From Betaproteobacteria bacterium (GTDB lineage: Bacteria; Pseudomonadota; Gammaproteobacteria; Burkholderiales; SG8-39): a DNA stretch of 50,859 bases. Within the stretch, counting starts at the first letter, position 1. Every line of letters starts with the position of its first letter. Under the pieces are notes generated by a model. That model did no database searches. It was not told where the DNA came from and saw only the letters and a list, made by a program, of their open reading frames with translations. Below are positions 32,443-40,249 of this stretch, piece by piece. Made by a program: the position numbers and the translations under genes. Location: NCBI GenBank assembly GCA_005883675.1, contig VBCM01000194.1:1-50859 (forward strand), read 5' to 3'.

Positions 32443-35058
32443 TTATAAGGGCTTAAGCAGCGCCTCGAGCTCCGCAGCGGGAAGCGGCTTGCTAAAGAGA
32501 AAGCCTTGCGCTTGGTCGCAGCGCAGCAGCCTGAGCAGCTGCGCCTGCTGCTCGGTTTCCACGCCCTCGGCGACCACCTTGAGGCGCAAGGCCTGCGCGA
32601 GCGAGATGATCGCCGAGATGATGCTCGTGTGGTCGGCGTGCTCGGTCACGCCCTGCACGAAGCTGCGGTCGATCTTCAGCGTGTCGACCGGCAGCCGGCT
32701 GAGATAGGCGAGCGAGGAATAGCCGGTGCCGAAGTCGTCGAGCGCCATGCGCAGTCCCATTTCGCGCAGCTCGCGCAGCTTGCGGATGCTCTCATCGACA
32801 TCCGACATCAGCAGGCTCTCCGTGATCTCGAGGTCGACGCCGCCGCCGTCGGCGCCGATCGCGCCGAGCGCCCCGCGCACGTCCTGCACGAAGCTCTTGC
32901 GGCGCAGCTGCACTGCAGAGACGTTCACCGCGATACGCGGCACGGCGAGGCCCTTTGCACGCCATGCCGCGTACTGGGCCTTCGTCGCGGCGAGGACCTG
33001 CTGCCCCGCCTCGAAGATGAGGCCGGTCTGCTCGAGCACCGGCACGAACTTCGCGGGCGATATCAGCGCGCCATCCGGTCCGTGCCAGCGCATCAGTGCC
33101 TCAAGGCCAACCATCTCGCGCGTAGCAAGGTCGACCTTTGGCTGGAAGTGCAGGAAGAGCTCGCCCTTCTCCACCGCCTTGTGCACCCGGTGCTCGAGCT
33201 CGACCTGCTCCGCGACGCGCGCATTGATGCTCGGCGCGTAGAACAGATACCGCTCGCCGGTTTCCTTGGCCCGCTTGAGCGCCGCCTCGGCATTGCGAAA
33301 GACGGAATCGGCGTCCGCGCCGTCATCGGGCGAAACGGCAATCCCAGACTTCGCCGTGACGAGGACCTCTTTGCCCGCGATGTTGAACGGCGCGCCAAAA
33401 ACATTGGCGGCCTCCAGTCCCCGGGCGACGTTTTCCGCGCCGCGGATGTTCGGATACATGAGCGCGAACACGTTCCCGCCCAGGCGCGCGACGCGGCCGA
33501 TGTCGCCGGCGGCGTCGCGCAAGCGCTGCGCCACAGCCTTGAGCAGGGCATCGCCCAGCTGGCGGCCGAGCGTATCGTTGATGGCCTTGAAGCGCTCGAG
33601 GTCCGTGATGATGAGCGCGAGCTTGGAGCGCGACGTTCCCACCGCCTGCAGCGCCTCGCTCAGCCGCTCGTGGAATAGCGTGCGGTTGGGCAACCCGGTA
33701 AGCGGGTCATAGAGCGCGAGATAGGTGAGCTGATCCTGCTTGACGATGAGCTCCAGCGCGAAGGAGATGTTCGCGGTGAGCTCCTCGAGCATGCGCATCT
33801 CGTCCTGATCGAAGAAGCCCGCCTCGCGCGCATGCAGGCCGAGCAGGCCGATCGGCTTCGCATCGACCACCAGCGGGAAACTGGCTGCGGCGCCGATGCC
33901 GCTTGCGAGAAAGCGCGGCCGATCGCGCGCCGGCACATCGGCGTCGTGGGCGACGTCGTTCCACAACGCCGACCTGCCAGTGCGCAACGCTATGCCACTG
34001 GTGGTGCGGCCTGCCGGCGTATCGGCGGACATCGCCACCGCTATGGTGTCCAGGTGGGCGATGCTCGTCCCTTGGCGCACGACCCATTGCACCATGCCGT
34101 CATCGCGCAGCATGCCTATGTGCGCGCCAGCAAAGTTGCCGATCTCCACGGCGATCCGACAAATCTCCTCGAACAGGGCGTCGCGCTCACGCAGGCGCAC
34201 CAGCGTCGAATTGATGCTGCTCGTAAAATGGCGGATCCGCGACAAGCGCGCGATGCGCGCGCGGTGCTCGAACTGCTCGGTCATGTCGCGCGCGAGGCCG
34301 TCGATGCGCTCGGGGCGGCCGTCGCCGCCGCGCACCAGCTTGCCGCGCGCGTTGATCCAGCGCTCGCCGCGGGTCGGCACGATGATGCGGTAATCGAAAT
34401 CGAACGCCTCGCCATCGTGCAGGCGGCGCCACGCGCTCAGCACTGCGTCGCGGTCACTGGGATGGATCTGCTGCTTCCACAGGTCGGGATCGAGCAGCAA
34501 CGCCTGCGGCTCGTAGCCGAACACTTCCTTCGCCGCCGGGCTAGCGTAGATCACTTCGCCGGTCTGCGCGTCGATCGACCATAGCACGTCGGGGATGGAG
34601 GTAAAGATGCTCGTCAGCCGCTCGCGCGCAAGGTCGAGCTCGGCCTCGGCGCGTTGCTTCTCGCGGCGCTCCCGCGCCTCGGCGAGCGCGCGCTCCACGG
34701 CTGCGGGCAGGCGGACCAGGTTGGCCTTCAGCACGTAGTCGGTCGCTCCGCTCTTCAGCGCGCGGATGGCATATTCCTCGCCGATCGTGCCGGAGACAAA
34801 GATAAAGGGCACGTCCGGACACAGTTCGGTCGCGAGGCGCAGCGCCGCCATGCCGTCGAACTGCGGCATGGAGAAATCCGAGAGGATGATGTCGGGCGCG
34901 AACTCGCGCAGCGCCGCTTCGAAGGACTCCTGGCTCTCGACGATGCGGTGGCCGACGCGCAGGCCCGCGCGCTTGAGTTCGCGCACCTCGAGTTCGGCGT
35001 CGCTCGCGACATCCTCGGTGAGCAGCACGCGGATCGTGGGTGCCGGCATGCCGATCAC
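32443..35058 (-). CDS. REC-PAS-GAF-GGDEF(degenerate)-EAL protein; probable c-di-GMP phosphodiesterase response regulator
   Basis: REC (ED, SDFSMP, DYVLK), PAS, GAF, YDPLTGLPNR; GGNVF in place of GGDEF; EAL, EITES, DDFGTGYSS and EGVE motifs. Confidence 0.9.
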   Translation of the reverse strand: MIGMPAPTIRVLLTEDVASDAELEVRELKRAGLRVGHRIVESQESFEAALREFAPDIILSDFSMPQFDGMAALRLATELCPDVPFIFVSGTIGEEYAIRALKSGATDYVLKANLVRLPAAVERALAEARERREKQRAEAELDLARERLTSIFTSIPDVLWSIDAQTGEVIYASPAAKEVFGYEPQALLLDPDLWKQQIHPSDRDAVLSAWRRLHDGEAFDFDYRIIVPTRGERWINARGKLVRGGDGRPERIDGLARDMTEQFEHRARIARLSRIRHFTSSINSTLVRLRERDALFEEICRIAVEIGNFAGAHIGMLRDDGMVQWVVRQGTSIAHLDTIAVAMSADTPAGRTTSGIALRTGRSALWNDVAHDADVPARDRPRFLASGIGAAASFPLVVDAKPIGLLGLHAREAGFFDQDEMRMLEELTANISFALELIVKQDQLTYLALYDPLTGLPNRTLFHERLSEALQAVGTSRSKLALIITDLERFKAINDTLGRQLGDALLKAVAQRLRDAAGDIGRVARLGGNVFALMYPNIRGAENVARGLEAANVFGAPFNIAGKEVLVTAKSGIAVSPDDGADADSVFRNAEAALKRAKETGERYLFYAPSINARVAEQVELEHRVHKAVEKGELFLHFQPKVDLATREMVGLEALMRWHGPDGALISPAKFVPVLEQTGLIFEAGQQVLAATKAQYAAWRAKGLAVPRIAVNVSAVQLRRKSFVQDVRGALGAIGADGGGVDLEITESLLMSDVDESIRKLRELREMGLRMALDDFGTGYSSLAYLSRLPVDTLKIDRSFVQGVTEHADHTSIISAIISLAQALRLKVVAEGVETEQQAQLLRLLRCDQAQGFLFSKPLPAAELEALLKPL

Positions 35059-35495
35059 TGTGGCACCCGGGTGGTGAGCAGCCAGTAAAGGCCGATCTTC
35101 GCCACCGTCTCGATAAACTGATTGAACTGCACGGGCTTGACGATGTAGCTGTTCACGCCAAGGCGGTAGCTCTCGAGGACATCGCGCTCTTCATTGGAAG
35201 AGGTCATGACAACGACCGGGATGCTGCGGGTTGTCGGATCTGCCTTCAGCTGCCGGAGCACTTCGATGCCGTCGATCTTCGGCATCTTGATGTCCAGCAG
35301 CACAAGCTTGGGCGGGCGTGACGGGTCGCGGCCGACATACTGACCCCTGCAGAAAAGGTAATCGAGCGCTTCAGCGCCATCCTTCACCCAGCGCACCTGA
35401 TTCGCGAGGTTGTGGCGTCGCAGCGCTCGCATTGTCATTTCGGCGTCCTCGCTGTTGTCCTCAGCGAGCAGGATTTCGACTTGTTCATCGGCCAT
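35055..35495 (-). CDS. Single-domain response regulator (Rcp1-like)
   Basis: LLAEDN, LLDIKMP, MTSS and NSYIVKP motifs. Confidence 0.92.
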   Translation of the reverse strand: MADEQVEILLAEDNSEDAEMTMRALRRHNLANQVRWVKDGAEALDYLFCRGQYVGRDPSRPPKLVLLDIKMPKIDGIEVLRQLKADPTTRSIPVVVMTSSNEERDVLESYRLGVNSYIVKPVQFNQFIETVAKIGLYWLLTTRVPQ

Positions 35496-35498
35496 GGC

Positions 35499-38012
35499 TC
35501 AGCTCAGCGCGGGAAGTGAAAAGAAAAAGCACGCACCGTCGCCCGGTTTGCCTTCCGCCCAAACACGTCCGTTATGGCGCGCGACGATGCGCTGCACGAT
35601 GGCGAGGCCCACACCCGTGCCTTCGAACTCGTCGGCGCGGTGCAGCCGCTGGAACACGCCGAACAGCTTGCCGGCGTAGCGCATGTCGAAGCCGGCACCG
35701 TTGTCGCGCACCCAATAGACGTTCTGCGTCGGCTCCCCGCGCGCGCCGATTTCAACGCGTGGGTCGGGCTTGTTGGCGCTGTACTTCAGCGCATTGCCGA
35801 TGAGATTGATCCACGCTTGCCTGAGCAATGCGCTATCGCCGTTGACCGGCGGCAGCGCCGAGCATTGCACCGCTCGTTCACCGCGCAGCTCGTCCGCTAC
35901 TTGCCGCGCAAGGCGCGTCATATCGACCGGCGCGCTCACCGCCTGTTGCCGGTTAAGCCGGGAGAAGGCAAGCAGGTCATCGATCAGCTGGCCCATGCGC
36001 TTCGCGTTCGCGCGCACCACGCCGAGCAGGCGGCGGGCGTCGTCATCGAGCCCCTCGGCGTGATCCTCCTCGAGCATGCGCGCGTACCCGTCGATTGCGC
36101 GCAGCGGGGCGCGCAAGTCGTGTGAAACCGAATAGCTGAAGCCCTCGAGCTCCTGGTTCGCTATCTGGAGCTCTGCGGTGCGCTGCTGCACGCGTCCCTC
36201 GAGTTCGGCAGCATGCCCTTTGACGCGCTCAACAAGGCGCGCCTGCATCATGGCGATTGCGAGCTGGGTCGCGACCTCTTGCGCGATATTGGTCTGCTCG
36301 GGCGTAAAGGCATTTTTCTCGCCACCGAAGCTCACGGCACCGAGCAGCTCACCCCCGGCGATCATCGGCACCGCTATGTAGGCATGCACGCCCGAGGCGA
36401 GCAGCGCCTGGCGTTCCGGCGTCGCCGGCAGCGTATCGGCATCGATGAACTGCGCTTCACCCCTGCGCAGAGCCTCCAGATCGCCCATCAGACGGATCGA
36501 GTAACGCACGCCCGGCCCGACATGCGTGCGTTGCCGACCGGCCGCTGCGATCCACTCCACTTCAGCGGCCTGGAGATCGAAGCGGTTGATGATGGCGCGC
36601 GGCACGCCGAGCAGCCGTCGCAGCGGCTGGATCACCGCCGCGGCAATCGCGCTCGGCGGCTGCTCGCTCACCATGGCGCGGTCGATTTCGCTGAGAATGC
36701 GAAGCCGTTCGGCATGCATGGCGAGCGCGCGCTTGCGCTCGCTCACGTCGAATACCGTCGAGCGGCTCATGAGATAGCGTCCCGCTGCATCGGTGATGCT
36801 TGTCGCATTGAGCGAACCGGTGAACGTCGAGCCGTCCTTGCGCCGGTACTCGAACTCCGCGTCGCGCAGCCAGCCTTGCTTTCGGAACAGCGGAAAGATC
36901 TCGCGCCAGAAGCGCTGGGCACTCGCGGGGGTCATCAGGTCGGCGTGGCGCATCTTTCCGACGACCTCGTCTCGCGAGTACCCGAGCCAGGAGAGCCAAG
37001 TGTCGTTGATGCGGATGATGAGGCCGTTCGCGTCGACCGAGTGGTAGCCGCACGGTGCTCGGTTGTAGAGGTCCTTAAGCTCGCGGCGCTGACGCAGCAG
37101 ATGCAGCGAAAGCAACGCCACGGCGGCGCAAAAACTCAGGATGATGGCGTAGCCCACGAGTAGCCGCTGCAGCTGGTTCTCGCGAGCGGCAAAGGCCTGC
37201 GTGCTCGGCTGCTCCATCAGCACGCCCCAACCGTGCCGGCTTGCCACGTAGGCGAACACGTACGGCTCGTCGGTCCCCGGGCGATCGGCCACGTCGACGC
37301 CTCGCAGGCCTTGCAGCAGCCGCGCGACCGCGGGATGCGCCGAAAGGTCGGGCGGCTCGGTCGCAGGCAGCGCCGTCGGATGGAAGGCGGCGGTGCCGCG
37401 AGCATCGATGACATGCAGCGAGCCGCCGGGCCCGACGTCGGTGGCGCGCGCCCAATCGAAGAACGAGTCGAGACCAATTTGCAACTGCAGGATGCCGCTC
37501 GGTGCTCCAGCGGCGCTGCCGATGGGCACAGCCACGGCGAACACATGCCGTCGCGGTGCCGCCGCCCGCAGATAGACGCTCGACACATAGGGGCGCCAAG
37601 TCCGGCTGACACCGGCGTACCACTCGCGATGAGCGAAGCTTTGTCCCTGGACCGCGCTCACCTCGGGGATGTCCGCCATGAGCTTGCCGCCCGCGTCATA
37701 GAGGACGATGCGGTCGACGAACGCAAATTGGCTCGGCACCTCGTTCAGGATGCGCACGGCAGCTCTCCATTGGCCGGCAGCCACGAGCTCGCGGAAGCGC
37801 ACGCGCGTCGCGAGTGAGGTGCCTAGATCCACCATGCGATCGAGTCTCTCGGAAAGCGTTGCCGCGGCGAGCTGCGTAAGCGCGAGCCGGCGCTCCATGA
37901 CTACCTCCGTGAGCTCCCGCTTCACGGAGTCGTAGATGTGCAGGGCGAGCGCGACGAAAAGCAAAACGAGAAGCGCCGCTCCTACATAAGCAACGCGCGG
38001 CGCGTTCGGCAT
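35499..38012 (-). CDS. Membrane sensor histidine kinase (TM-Cache-like-TM-PAS-GAF-HisKA-HATPase)
   Basis: FSYSVSHDLRAPLR H-box, NALKY, DNGAGF, FQRLH and GTGVGL motifs; ATG at 38012 (MPNAPR, then a TM helix) preferred over the ORF-track start at 38492. Confidence 0.9.
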   Translation of the reverse strand: MPNAPRVAYVGAALLVLLFVALALHIYDSVKRELTEVVMERRLALTQLAAATLSERLDRMVDLGTSLATRVRFRELVAAGQWRAAVRILNEVPSQFAFVDRIVLYDAGGKLMADIPEVSAVQGQSFAHREWYAGVSRTWRPYVSSVYLRAAAPRRHVFAVAVPIGSAAGAPSGILQLQIGLDSFFDWARATDVGPGGSLHVIDARGTAAFHPTALPATEPPDLSAHPAVARLLQGLRGVDVADRPGTDEPYVFAYVASRHGWGVLMEQPSTQAFAARENQLQRLLVGYAIILSFCAAVALLSLHLLRQRRELKDLYNRAPCGYHSVDANGLIIRINDTWLSWLGYSRDEVVGKMRHADLMTPASAQRFWREIFPLFRKQGWLRDAEFEYRRKDGSTFTGSLNATSITDAAGRYLMSRSTVFDVSERKRALAMHAERLRILSEIDRAMVSEQPPSAIAAAVIQPLRRLLGVPRAIINRFDLQAAEVEWIAAAGRQRTHVGPGVRYSIRLMGDLEALRRGEAQFIDADTLPATPERQALLASGVHAYIAVPMIAGGELLGAVSFGGEKNAFTPEQTNIAQEVATQLAIAMMQARLVERVKGHAAELEGRVQQRTAELQIANQELEGFSYSVSHDLRAPLRAIDGYARMLEEDHAEGLDDDARRLLGVVRANAKRMGQLIDDLLAFSRLNRQQAVSAPVDMTRLARQVADELRGERAVQCSALPPVNGDSALLRQAWINLIGNALKYSANKPDPRVEIGARGEPTQNVYWVRDNGAGFDMRYAGKLFGVFQRLHRADEFEGTGVGLAIVQRIVARHNGRVWAEGKPGDGACFFFSLPALS

Positions 38013-38124
38013 GTGCGCGCTACCCGATTCGCGGACATATTTATTGGCCAAAATCAAAGGATAAGCGAAGTAACGTAAGGTGTCTTCTGACCTTCCGAAA
38101 GGCCTTATCAGCAAACCTGCAACC

Positions 38125-38146
38125 AACTGTGCGTTTACGCACACTT
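38125..38146. promoter_or_regulatory. CRP/FNR-like palindromic operator candidate
   Basis: AACTGTGC-GTTTAC-GCACACTT; arms TGTGCGT/ACGCACA (38128-38143); resembles the CRP consensus TGTGA-N6-TCACA; lies in a divergent intergenic region. Confidence 0.45.
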
Positions 38147-38369
38147 TTGCGCCTAAAGCTGCGCAAGCGCGCATGCGCGCGCCGGCGTTTCGGTGGCAGG
38201 CGAGCCATCTCGCCTCATTAGCCGCGTGGTCCGCGGGCTTCGCGGCCGCGGGGCAAAACCTTTCATTGTTTCCGGCGCCGGTGCGTTTGATGAAGCGGTG
38301 GCTTTTTTGCGCCAATCGGGATGCGCGCTGCATTCGCAGCGCGGACCAAAACTGCGAGGAGAACACGCT

Positions 38370-38549
38370 ATGTCGAAGAAGCAGAGCCAAATCGTGCGCA
38401 AGCCGTCGAAGAAAATCGCTGACGCGCGCCGCGTCCGCTACGGCGGCGGCTCCATGCCGCGTGTGCTGCGTTCGGCGGACAAGCTGACCCAAGACTCACG
38501 CACGATCCGCTTTGGTGGCGGCTCGATGCCCGCGAGCCTCAGAAAGTAA
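38370..38549 (+). CDS. 59-aa basic peptide with two repeats of D-x-R-x-[VI]-R-[YF]-GGGSMP-x-x-LR; putative RiPP/signal-peptide precursor
   Basis: GAGGAG SD at 38356-38361, ATG at 38370, TAA 9 nt before the next gene; the GGGSMP codons of the two repeats differ only synonymously. Confidence 0.8.
   Translation: MSKKQSQIVRKPSKKIADARRVRYGGGSMPRVLRSADKLTQDSRTIRFGGGSMPASLRK
38421..38543 (+). repeat. Internal coding repeat: two 17-codon units (38421-38471, 38493-38543) with 72-nt period
   Basis: DARRVRYGGGSMPRVLR versus DSRTIRFGGGSMPASLR. Confidence 0.85.
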
Positions 38550-38558
38550 GTTGCCGCG

Positions 38559-39320
38559 ATGACCGAAACACACCAGCCGAACCCCGTGGTCACTTTCTAC
38601 GGGGCAGTGCCGGGCATCCGTGCGCCGATACGCGCGGATGCGTCTGGACTGGGAACGCTGCCGTCGCGCGGCTTTCAATACTGCGAAGCGCTGAGGACGG
38701 CATCGTCCTTCGGCTGGTATGTGTTTCCGCCGATCGATTTCACGCTGCAGTGGGACGGCTCACAGATCATCTGGACGTATCGTGGTGCCAAAGGCTGGTA
38801 CCCGCTCACCAGTGCGCAGTTCCCCGGCTTTCAGGCGGTATTTGACCGTGCGGCGCCGAAGCGGCTGCGAGGATTCGCGCCGCCGTTCCTCAGCGCCATT
38901 CCCGAGCCGGGCATCATCCAGTTGTGGACCGGCTTGTTCGTCGCGAGCGCGGAGAACTGGAGCATCCTGATACGGCCGCCAGCGAACTTGCCCCGCAATC
39001 TGGCCTACGAGCCTTACGAAGGCATCGTGGAAAGCGACCGCTGGTTCGGGCCACTCTTCACCAATATCCGCCTCATCAAAACGGACGTGCCGATCGTCTT
39101 CAGCACCGAAATGCCGCTGCTGCAGGTGCAGCCGCTCCATCGCAGCACGTATGCGGAAGAGGTAACAAACCGCTTCGGCATGGTGCCGGCGCTCGCCGAT
39201 TTCCCTCCTCACGCGTGGGAACGCTATGAGACTAACATCGTAAAACCGCGCGAGATCGGCGCCTACGCCACCGAAGTGCGGCGACGTCGCCGCAGCGGCT
39301 GCCCGGTCCACGCCGGGTGA
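38559..39320 (+). CDS. DUF6065-like protein; candidate peptide-modifying enzyme
   Basis: YCEALRTASSFGWYVFPP..F.LQWDG, WSILIRPPAN and YEGIVESDRW..PLFTN match the DUF6065 pattern as recalled; not searched. Confidence 0.7.
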   Translation: MTETHQPNPVVTFYGAVPGIRAPIRADASGLGTLPSRGFQYCEALRTASSFGWYVFPPIDFTLQWDGSQIIWTYRGAKGWYPLTSAQFPGFQAVFDRAAPKRLRGFAPPFLSAIPEPGIIQLWTGLFVASAENWSILIRPPANLPRNLAYEPYEGIVESDRWFGPLFTNIRLIKTDVPIVFSTEMPLLQVQPLHRSTYAEEVTNRFGMVPALADFPPHAWERYETNIVKPREIGAYATEVRRRRRSGCPVHAG

Positions 39321-40249
39321 ACGGCTACTTCGCCGCGGCGCTCGCCGTGCTCATCTGGGCGGCGTACCCGGTCGCCACGCGTGCTGGAGTCACCGGGTCG
39401 TTCACCGCGCAGGAGCTGGTGACGCTGCGCTTCGGCATCGGCGCGCTGCTCTTCCTACCCTACCTGCTGGTGCATTTTCGCGCCATCACTCGCGAGGCCT
39501 GGCTGCGCGGCGTGCCGCTCACGCTCTTTCAGGGCGCCGGCATGGGGGCGCTGGTGATCTTTGGCCTGCAATTCGCTCCCGCGAATCACCAGGCAGCGCT
39601 CGGTCCCGGCGTCTGTTCGACCTGGGTCGCGTTGCTCGCGTTTCTGGTGTTTGCCCGCCGGCCATCGCCGCGCATCATGATCGGCGCGACCTTGTGCGCG
39701 ATCGGCGTATTCGCACTCACCTCATGGGGCGCGGGCAAGCACAACCAGGCGGTGCTTGGCGGCGATGCCATGTTCCTCGCCGCTTCAGCCCTTGGCGCGC
39801 TCTACGTGCTGCAGCTTCGCAGCTGGGGCGTCAGCGCGATGCAGGCGGCGGCCATTGTGACAGTGTATTCGGGCGTGATCGTGGTGCCTTGGCATCTATG
39901 GTCCGCGTCCGAGCCGCTGTGGCGCGTTGCGCCGGTCGAGCTTCTCTGGCAAACGCTGTGGCAGGGCGTGCTGATCGGCTGCGTTGCGCTCATTGCATTC
40001 AACCAAGCCATCACCCGCTTGGGCCCCGAGCGCTCGAGCGCGATGATCGCGCTCGTACCGGTGCTGAGCGCCGTCCTAGGGTTTATCTTCCTGCGCGAAG
40101 TTCCCTCGACCGGCGAAGTCGCCGCCATCCTCGCCATCTCCGCCGGCGTATCGGTCAGCGCGTCGCTACCGCGGCAGCCCGGCCTCGACCAGAGCTGCGA
40201 TGAAGCGTCGGGCCTGCGGGGTGTCGCGGCCCGGATAGCGCGCTTCTAA
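39317..40249 (+). CDS. EamA/DMT family transporter
   Basis: About 10 hydrophobic helices in two EamA halves (LRF, LGPERSS, LVPVLS, FL.E); GTG start overlaps the upstream TGA. Confidence 0.88.
   Translation: MNGYFAAALAVLIWAAYPVATRAGVTGSFTAQELVTLRFGIGALLFLPYLLVHFRAITREAWLRGVPLTLFQGAGMGALVIFGLQFAPANHQAALGPGVCSTWVALLAFLVFARRPSPRIMIGATLCAIGVFALTSWGAGKHNQAVLGGDAMFLAASALGALYVLQLRSWGVSAMQAAAIVTVYSGVIVVPWHLWSASEPLWRVAPVELLWQTLWQGVLIGCVALIAFNQAITRLGPERSSAMIALVPVLSAVLGFIFLREVPSTGEVAAILAISAGVSVSASLPRQPGLDQSCDEASGLRGVAARIARF

Noticed and set aside
38161-38185. GCGCGCATGCGCGC palindrome in the intergenic region
   Set aside because: Low-complexity GC alternation is common throughout this sequence, so it cannot be distinguished from background.
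38245-38310. GGGCAAAACC as a possible c-di-GMP-I (GEMM) riboswitch start near a phosphodiesterase operon
   Set aside because: The GNRA-capped P2 stem and the downstream GACGCAAAG/P3 elements are not present.
38013-38492. 160-aa N-terminal extension of the histidine kinase in the ORF track
   Set aside because: It has no domain-like features, crosses an AT-rich promoter-like region and overlaps the SD-bearing repeat peptide on the other strand.
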